A DNA stretch of 32,280 nucleotides from a virus (taxonomy: Duplodnaviria; Caudoviricetes), in IMG/VR virus record IMGVR_UViG_3300025375_000012, positions 1-32,280 of that record; one strand, given 5' to 3'. The position numbers and the translations under genes are program-made. Numbering within the stretch: the stretch's first letter is position 1; each line of letters starts with the position of its first letter. Below are positions 26,527 to 32,280 of this stretch, one piece after another. The notes under the pieces were generated by a model that searched no databases, was not told where the DNA came from, and worked only from the letters and a program-made list of their open reading frames with translations.

Positions 26527-26534
26527 TTTGTATC

Positions 26535-28127
26535 CTATATTTGTTGGACTTTACCATCTAAAGCCTCTGGTCTGCGTCTTGCAAAAGTATTAGCGCGGCT
26601 AACCATTGATTCACCATGACCTTGAATTAGTGCGAGTATACCAATACGGGCAGAATCAATGTGGTCATCACTACCAAGAAACTTTCCGGCATCGTCAATG
26701 GCGTAATTTCGGGCTTCATCCAGAAACTCTACGCAAGATTCGTTAATCATAAAAGTCCCACGCTCCATTCCGGTACGCATGACGTTAATACCGTAGGAAA
26801 TGTGGTTTGTAACCTTTCCTTGGTCATTCGGAGGATTAAGAATAGCACCTGGAATGCAATTTAGGTTGTAATTGTCTTCAAAAACTTCTCTTACTGACTG
26901 CTCGGTCAGTGTATATCGACCAGCCGTTCCGGCATCGTGAGGCAAAGCAATAGGAACATTCCTAGATTCTCTGTCCAATAGATAATGGACGTATTCATCC
27001 GGTGTTTCGCCTTGCGGAACGGTAATTTGACGGTGGAGATATATGATTTCTTCGACTGGATCGCGGAAAAGGAACGATATGACAGTCGGGTCATTCTTAA
27101 TTCCCAAGTCAAAAGAAATGATACGCTCCATCTTTTCATTAGATTTAAGGTCAACGTCAATTCCTTTGTAAGTAGGCCACTTCAGCATTGGGAATACAAC
27201 ACCTTTGCCGACCATTGGAATACCGTTTATCCGGCATTCACGCTCCCAAGGCATAAAGTCTCGTGACAATTGCTCACGCTCTTCCTTGGAAAAGAAAGGC
27301 TCACCCCATTCGTTTTCATAGGGAATGTCATTCCAGGTGACGCGAACGTGACAGTAGCCCTCAATGTTGTCCCAGAACTTACGGACAAGCCCAGATAGAC
27401 CCTTTAGCGGGGTGAATGAGCATATAACCTGTCCATTTCGAGCTGCTGTACGGACAACAAGCTCTGAAAAAGTCTCATCTGGCGGTTGTTCGTCGAGTAC
27501 AACGAGGTCGAGTTCAAAGCCTTGTAGGTGTCGAACTTGTTGGGTGTAGTTAGAGAAGTAGAGCTTGGACTTTCCGCCAGTAACGTGCCAGACTTCAATA
27601 GCCAGCACGTTTGCGCCGTCCGTTCGGATGGATTTTTCATCAATATCTTCGAGTGGGATCGAACCTGTTCCCAGCTTATAGGACTGTTTAATGTCATCGC
27701 AGCCAAGCAATTTAGATTGAAGAGTTTTGGCAACCTGTTCCCAGGATTCGCCAGAAGCCATAGCAATGATGGGCTTGTCCCAGCGCTTGCCTTTCCAGTC
27801 CTTTGGGTATTTACCAGTCAGGTGATATGCAGTTTCATAGGTCGAAGCAATAGTTTTGCCAGCACGGTTAGCAGCAATCATTCCTCGACGAGCATACTTA
27901 GCGCCAGTCTCAAAGAATTTTGATTGATAAGGAAAAGGACGAAACCATTTCAGGGTATTAAATTGCATATCTTTTGCAATCTTGTCCCTGGCAATGTGCA
28001 TCGCCCTTATCTGTTCTTCATCCAAATACTTGAGATACTGCTTACCACCGGCAAGCTTAACCAAATGCTTTAATGCACGTTCTTTGTAAATTGGTTGAAT
28101 GTAACTACTGGCTTCACTCTTGGCCAT
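26535..28127 (-). CDS. terL: Terminase large subunit
   Basis: Walker A AANRAGKT, Walker B LVVLDE, motif III SFTP, and RNase H-like nuclease motifs SFDLG, PHD, DDHIDSARI. Confidence 0.96.
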   Translation of the reverse strand: MAKSEASSYIQPIYKERALKHLVKLAGGKQYLKYLDEEQIRAMHIARDKIAKDMQFNTLKWFRPFPYQSKFFETGAKYARRGMIAANRAGKTIASTYETAYHLTGKYPKDWKGKRWDKPIIAMASGESWEQVAKTLQSKLLGCDDIKQSYKLGTGSIPLEDIDEKSIRTDGANVLAIEVWHVTGGKSKLYFSNYTQQVRHLQGFELDLVVLDEQPPDETFSELVVRTAARNGQVICSFTPLKGLSGLVRKFWDNIEGYCHVRVTWNDIPYENEWGEPFFSKEEREQLSRDFMPWERECRINGIPMVGKGVVFPMLKWPTYKGIDVDLKSNEKMERIISFDLGIKNDPTVISFLFRDPVEEIIYLHRQITVPQGETPDEYVHYLLDRESRNVPIALPHDAGTAGRYTLTEQSVREVFEDNYNLNCIPGAILNPPNDQGKVTNHISYGINVMRTGMERGTFMINESCVEFLDEARNYAIDDAGKFLGSDDHIDSARIGILALIQGHGESMVSRANTFARRRPEALDGKVQQI

Positions 28128-28311
28128 AGTAATCGCGCATTGTTAGCAGTATCTGGGCAGCAGAAGTAAGGTAGTAAATATCCTCTGGAGAAAGGGCTTT
28201 CGCCCCTTGCAGGTCTTTCTGCAATGTCTCCAGGGTTTTACGAGCGCATACTTCTGCTTGACCAGATAGCTTTTGCCGGAAAACGACAGCATAATCTTCC
28301 ATTATGCCCAC
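28114..28311 (-). CDS. Hypothetical protein
   Basis: 65-aa helical ORF overlapping both neighbours. Confidence 0.65.
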   Translation of the reverse strand: MGIMEDYAVVFRQKLSGQAEVCARKTLETLQKDLQGAKALSPEDIYYLTSAAQILLTMRDYYGQE

Positions 28312-28943
28312 GGATTAGTTACGTTCTTCTCAATGTGAGCCAAGAAGTTGCGGTCAATCATGGGCCAGATACCGCCGCCTTTTTCGCCAATGCAGTAAGC
28401 GTAAATGCCACGGCCTTTTTCGGTAAAGGTTCCATCAGGACGCTTGAGCAAAATCTCTTCAGTACGAGGATCAATCCAGCCATAGCGCTCAGGCTGCTTA
28501 ATACCGTACTTGTTGATACGCTCACCGATAGCAATTTGTTCCACGGGGCCATTAATTTGATAGGTAATGGAGCCGTTATCGTACTTGTAGAAGTCGATTT
28601 GAACTTTGCGGTCAGATTGTGGATCAAGAGGATGCGGCATATTGGTCGCACCAAAGAAATGAATGCGGCTATCAATATCTGGTAAATCCTTGGAGCGCTC
28701 AGGCAATGCCTTCAACTCGTCTTGAGGAATCAATTCCTTTTTGTCTACATAAGGATTCGTATCACTCGTGTATTCAACAGGAACCTTTTTACCCTCTAGG
28801 GCATTCTTTGCAGCCAAATACTGGTCAGCTTTGGGTTTGCCAACAAGATCAAGCGAAATGCCTGTCTTGTCATACACAAACTGTGCCAGTTCTTTGGCTG
28901 TGGGAAGGTCTTCTTTGAGGGATTCAATATCATACAGTGCCAT
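28302..28943 (-). CDS. Hypothetical protein
   Basis: 213-aa ATG ORF with an AAGGA RBS. Confidence 0.8.
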   Translation of the reverse strand: MALYDIESLKEDLPTAKELAQFVYDKTGISLDLVGKPKADQYLAAKNALEGKKVPVEYTSDTNPYVDKKELIPQDELKALPERSKDLPDIDSRIHFFGATNMPHPLDPQSDRKVQIDFYKYDNGSITYQINGPVEQIAIGERINKYGIKQPERYGWIDPRTEEILLKRPDGTFTEKGRGIYAYCIGEKGGGIWPMIDRNFLAHIEKNVTNPWA

Positions 28944-28951
28944 AAAATTCC

Positions 28952-29110
28952 TTATTGGTTAGCAGGGGGTTCAATACTCTCGTGGTCAATCTCATCACCA
29001 ACTTGTGGTTTGTGAAGAGCAATAAAGGCTTCGTGCAAGAGAACTTTTACTTCTCCTTCGACAGCCCAAATTTTGTTTTCAATGTCGCGTTCAAATGCTT
29101 CGATAATCAT
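28952..29110 (-). CDS. Hypothetical small acidic protein
   Basis: MIIEAFERDIE...; ATG 29110 directly follows the upstream stop. Confidence 0.6.
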   Translation of the reverse strand: MIIEAFERDIENKIWAVEGEVKVLLHEAFIALHKPQVGDEIDHESIEPPANQ

Positions 29111-29111
29111 A

Positions 29112-29336
29112 TTAGACCTTTGCGGGACGAGTACCGGCAGTAAATTTACCACCACGAATGTTTTGGGTATGTTGGTCAGACAAGGTGTTCACCTTATAAG
29201 CGTTAACAACAGCGCCAGCAATGGTTTTGGAACGCTCACGGCGGTCTTCCAATCCATCCAGCTTGCCATTAATGCCTTTGGTAAGGCCCTTGCTCATCTG
29301 TTTACCGCCAGAAATTACGGTTCCGTATGCAGACAT
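29112..29336 (-). CDS. Small basic protein
   Basis: 74 aa, K/R/G-rich, GAGG RBS. Confidence 0.7.
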   Translation of the reverse strand: MSAYGTVISGGKQMSKGLTKGINGKLDGLEDRRERSKTIAGAVVNAYKVNTLSDQHTQNIRGGKFTAGTRPAKV

Positions 29337-29343
29337 ATAAGCC

Positions 29344-29607
29344 TCACTTCAAGTAGCTGGAGTTTTTCAGGTAGCCATCATTATGGATAGCGCCGTCATA
29401 ACCCACGGGTTTGCACAATTTAACAGGTTGCTTCATAGCTGCTACGTTGTTGTTACCAAAGGCGTCACGGGCTTTAGGAGCGCCTTGAGAACCCTTGGGT
29501 GTAGACAGCAAGCCAGAGCCGCTAGGAACAGTTTTGTGTTCAGCGGTCTTGGTCGAATGATTGCCTTTGCGGTTAGGCGCTTGGGCATACAAAAAGTTGG
29601 TAGACAT
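29344..29607 (-). CDS. Small basic, probably disordered protein
   Basis: 87 aa, K/G/N-rich, AAGG RBS. Confidence 0.7.
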   Translation of the reverse strand: MSTNFLYAQAPNRKGNHSTKTAEHKTVPSGSGLLSTPKGSQGAPKARDAFGNNNVAAMKQPVKLCKPVGYDGAIHNDGYLKNSSYLK

Positions 29608-29611
29608 AGGA

Positions 29612-29758
29612 TTAACCTTTCCGTTTACGTTTGTCGTCAGAATCCCGTTTCATAGCATATGCTATTGCTGCGGCTTGGTCAGGCTTTTTACCAGCCTTAA
29701 TTTCAGTCTTGATGTTTTTCTCAAGAGTTTTTTTCGATGTTCCAGATTTTAGCGGCAT
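29612..29758 (-). CDS. Small basic phage protein (MPLKxG...QAxAIA type)
   Basis: MPLKSGTSKKTLEKNIKTEIKAGKKPDQAAAIAYAMKR. ATG 29758 follows the upstream stop. Confidence 0.8.
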   Translation of the reverse strand: MPLKSGTSKKTLEKNIKTEIKAGKKPDQAAAIAYAMKRDSDDKRKRKG

Positions 29759-29759
29759 A

Positions 29760-30230
29760 TTACACCTTTCTAAGTGATTCCATAAAGTCTTCCAAAGCGT
29801 CATCAGCCGTAACTTCTTCTTCCTTGGAGATATTCTGAACGTGTTCAATCGAGATGATTGGCGCACGGCTAGATTCGAAGGGTGCCAGCTTATCAGCGAT
29901 TTTAGCCTTATCCTTAATATCCAGCTCATCAGATTGCATAGCCTCAATAAGCACTTCCATAGCCGTCTTCAAGGGCGGGAACCCTTTGGCAATATGTTCG
30001 TCATTGAGTTTGTTAAACAAGGCACCATATTCAGTTACTCGATTAACCACAGATTTGGGGCGACCACCAGTATTGGGGATAGCAATTTTGGGCTCTTTTG
30101 GCAATGCTTGTCCGGTAGCCAATTTCTGTGCACGTTTCTCGGCACGTTTTTTGGCAGCATAAGCCCTGGCTTGTTCTTTCTTCTTCTCAGAAGAAACATC
30201 CTGCCCTTCTGGCCTTATTTCGTCAAGCAT
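29760..30230 (-). CDS. Putative terminase small subunit
   Basis: Basic N-terminus, GGRPKS, and helical AMEVLIEAM...KAKIADKLAPF, which is TerS-like. Upstream of terL. Confidence 0.55.
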   Translation of the reverse strand: MLDEIRPEGQDVSSEKKKEQARAYAAKKRAEKRAQKLATGQALPKEPKIAIPNTGGRPKSVVNRVTEYGALFNKLNDEHIAKGFPPLKTAMEVLIEAMQSDELDIKDKAKIADKLAPFESSRAPIISIEHVQNISKEEEVTADDALEDFMESLRKV

Positions 30231-30727
30231 TTCAATCCTTCTTCAGTCCGAATCCAAGCGTAGGAACCGTTAACAGTAAATCCACGCCGTTTGTGAAGCT
30301 TCATAAACACATCGTGTTCAGGTCGAATGCTGGTAGAGCAAATGACCGGAATATTGTTAGTCCATGCCCATAGTATATGCTGGTCAATCATTTCGTCAAT
30401 AAGGCGTATTTTGAGCCTAGCAGACAGGTCAGTCTCTACGTGGTGGAACTTGGCATTGGAAATCTCTTCATGGGAGTACGTTGTGTATCCAAACCTATCG
30501 TACCAGCAGTAAGCCAGCATACGCTCATTATCTTCCTTGTTTTCCCGACACACTGCTAGAAACTCTTTAGTCTTGTCGAACAGTTGGACAGTAGCAGCAA
30601 CAGTCACATTCTTGCGGAATATCTCTTTGCTCTTTTGGAGAATTCCTCCAGTGTCCACAAAGTATTGATCTGCGATGTTGACAATTTCTTGCACATCTTC
30701 AATAGGATTCGCTAGTTTCCATTCCAT
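30215..30727 (-). CDS. GNAT-like acetyltransferase
   Basis: EWKLANPIEDVQEI start, LAVC...MLAYCW, LIDEMI...WA, and FMKLHKRRGF (GNAT C-terminal pattern). GGAG RBS before ATG 30727. Confidence 0.6.
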   Translation of the reverse strand: MEWKLANPIEDVQEIVNIADQYFVDTGGILQKSKEIFRKNVTVAATVQLFDKTKEFLAVCRENKEDNERMLAYCWYDRFGYTTYSHEEISNAKFHHVETDLSARLKIRLIDEMIDQHILWAWTNNIPVICSTSIRPEHDVFMKLHKRRGFTVNGSYAWIRTEEGLKCLTK

Positions 30728-30744
30728 GCAATGCTCCAAGTAAG

Positions 30745-30820
30745 TGGCTCCGACCGCTGGAATCGAACCAGCCTTCAAGGATTAACAGTCCTCTGCCCAC
30801 ACCGTGTTTGCTTCGTCGGA
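30745..30820 (-). tRNA. tRNA-Asn (GTT), atypical D-arm
   Basis: TCCGACG-AA-GCAAACACGGTGTGGGC-A-GAGGA-CT-GTT-AA-TCCTT-GAAG-GCTGG-TTCGATT-CCAGC-GGTCGGA-G-CCA. Perfect T-arm, 7-nt anticodon loop, G73 discriminator, encoded CCA. Confidence 0.88.
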
Positions 30821-30825
30821 ATATT

Positions 30826-30910
30826 TTGGGGTAAAAATTTTTACAGGGGGAATTGTATAGGTGTTTTCTGTATTTGGCTTTACTGGTTAAATGTTGGGGT
30901 AAAAGTTTTT
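30826..30910. repeat. Direct repeat pair and A/T-tract palindrome upstream of the late operon
   Basis: TTGGGGTAAAA(A/G)TTTTT at 30826 and 30894. The first copy overlaps the perfect palindrome GTAAAAATTTTTAC (30831-30844). Confidence 0.7.
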
Positions 30911-30984
30911 GTGAAAATTTCGGGATTGGGTGACCGGCCCCCCTCATAAGCATTCCTTTCCAGGGCTACCCCCTCTCCCCAGGT

Positions 30985-31016
30985 GGTCTAAGGCTGGGGG
31001 GGTCTAAGGCTGGGGG
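30985..31016. repeat. 16-bp perfect tandem repeat
   Basis: GGTCTAAGGCTGGGGG twice. Confidence 0.9.
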
Positions 31017-31345
31017 GATTTGTTAATGACTGGCGGGTCAGTAATTTGTGGAAGGAAAGGGACCAATCATTCTCAGGGTTTTTGGTTCGCCAGTCTGACG
31101 TTTCCCGATGTCCCGAACCCTATGCGCTTATATGTCTCTCCCTATAGTTATCAGAGACAAACCATGCCTGAATGCTATTGATTGCGCGGACTGATACGCT
31201 CAAGATTTAACCCGTGCTTTTGCGGTGTCAGCCTATACATTCCAGGCAGCTCATGGCCTAGGATTTTTCCCTTTTTCTTTTCCTCTTGAATTCCACTATT
31301 TCAAAACGTTATGCACAAATTGCATGAAAACATAGGGTTTACACC

Positions 31346-31374
31346 AATGATAGGATAAACTTTTAACCTATAAT
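31346..31374 (+). promoter_or_regulatory. Putative sigma70 promoter for the rightward (early) unit
   Basis: Perfect TATAAT at 31369-31374 and a weak -35 (ATGATA). GGAG RBS at 31394, ATG at 31406. Confidence 0.55.
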
Positions 31375-31405
31375 CAAACTTCAATCAACCCTTGGAGCCC
31401 ATTAA

Positions 31406-32278
31406 ATGACAATTAAACAATTCACCAATGCCCCTAAATTTGCGAAACTGCAAATTCTCGCAGTGGCGGTACAAAATGACGATCGCGAAGCAATTGATCA
31501 GGCATTGCAAACTCTAATCGACGATCCGGCATTTGCATCCATTGCATGGCAAACCAATTTTGCCAAGCTTCAAAAGCTTTTTGCCGATTGCATGCCCCGA
31601 TTCTCTATTTTCGCAATGGGCGGCAATAGCAAATTGCCGTTTGTATCGTTTTCTACTTTGCCCGGCGTTACATGCCCCGGAGCTGGCGATTGCATCGATT
31701 TTTGTTATTCTTACCGCGCTTGGCGATACCCTGCGGCATTTGCCCGTATGGTTCAAAATGCATTTTTATTGCGTTTTGCTCCAGCGGTAATCCATGCGCA
31801 ATTCACTGAAATTGCGGCAAAGCAAACCAATGGATTCGATTTTCGTTTGTATGTTGACGGCGATTTCTCCGGTGTGTCTGACGTCAAATTTTGGATGAAT
31901 TTATTGCATTTCACGCCAAACGCGCGCGCATACGGTTATTCAAAAAGCTTTGCAGTGCTATTGGCATATGATTTTTTATACCAATGGCCTATCAATTATC
32001 AATTGAACATTTCTAGCGGGCACAATTCAAGCGAAGCAATGGTTAACCATGTTCGCGCTTTGCCCGTTACACGCGGAGAATTTATTGCGGTATCTATTGG
32101 CCGCAAAGTAAAAAGCACTGATCATGGCAAGCCTGAGACAAACGCAGCGATTCGCAAAGCAATGGGCGATATTAAAGTTTTCCCATGCCCCGGAGCATGC
32201 GGCAATTGCACCGGCAAAGGCCATGCATGCGGCATGCCCGCTATGAAGCACCGGATAATTGCGATTGCAATGCATTAA
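31406..32278 (+). CDS. GP88-like Cys-rich protein (radical-SAM-like Fe-S candidate)
   Basis: NSKL..VSFSTLPGVTCPGAGDCIDFCY, FRLYVDGDF, YGYSKS, LNISS, and C-terminal CPGACGNCTGKGHAC. Confidence 0.7.
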   Translation: MTIKQFTNAPKFAKLQILAVAVQNDDREAIDQALQTLIDDPAFASIAWQTNFAKLQKLFADCMPRFSIFAMGGNSKLPFVSFSTLPGVTCPGAGDCIDFCYSYRAWRYPAAFARMVQNAFLLRFAPAVIHAQFTEIAAKQTNGFDFRLYVDGDFSGVSDVKFWMNLLHFTPNARAYGYSKSFAVLLAYDFLYQWPINYQLNISSGHNSSEAMVNHVRALPVTRGEFIAVSIGRKVKSTDHGKPETNAAIRKAMGDIKVFPCPGACGNCTGKGHACGMPAMKHRIIAIAMH

Positions 32279-32280
32279 AG

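Larger units (their letters stand above)
1..32280. mobile_element. Tailed dsDNA bacteriophage genome segment (podovirus-like)
   Basis: Ordered terminase, portal, scaffold, capsid, tail, fibre and lysis genes. No tape-measure or sheath gene recognised, and no host housekeeping genes. Confidence 0.97.

Noticed and set aside
26535-28127. Intein or intron in terL, portal or capsid
   Set aside because: The lengths are ordinary, the reading frames are continuous, and no intein splice motifs are evident.
30745-30820. tRNA as a prophage attachment site or host boundary
   Set aside because: No integrase or duplicated tRNA 3' end in the window, and phage-type genes lie on both sides.
30699-30953. ORFs 30699-30953 (-), 30731-30949 (+) and the 5' extension of the GNAT to 30778
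   Set aside because: They overlap the tRNA and the repeat region. ATG 30727 has a proper RBS.
1-32280. Stop-codon reassignment or suppressor tRNA
   Set aside because: Genes are full length and densely packed under the standard code, and the only tRNA has a GTT anticodon.

Overview
The whole window is part of a tailed dsDNA phage genome (Caudoviricetes) with a podovirus-like gene set. Positions 1-2960 (+) are the distal end of an early/middle region: the C-terminus of an SSB, a MazG-like protein, many small ORFs, two intergenic structured-RNA candidates and a very acidic protein. A terminator-like hairpin at about 2983-3009 separates this from one long minus-strand late operon (30820 to 3008). 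In transcription order that operon holds tRNA-Asn, a GNAT-like protein, a TerS candidate, several small ORFs, TerL, portal, scaffold, major capsid, a tail adaptor, a tail fibre with a peptidase S74 chaperone, an HNH endonuclease, a tail tube/gp10-like protein, a second tail fibre with its chaperone, candidate ejection proteins, a holin/GH108 lysis cassette and a metallophosphoesterase. A repeat-rich divergent non-coding region (about 30825-31405) precedes a + strand GP88-like Cys-rich gene. I saw no integrase, reverse transcriptase, CRISPR array or sign of stop-codon reassignment. The best leads for undescribed biology are two structured RNAs at 166-258 and 769-839, a possible DNA-mimic protein with a 30-nt repeat period, the tRNA-Asn/GNAT unit and its possible GGKG-motif substrates, the GP88-like Fe-S candidate, and an unannotated Pro-rich peptide. 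All family assignments come from motif recognition by eye, not from database searches.
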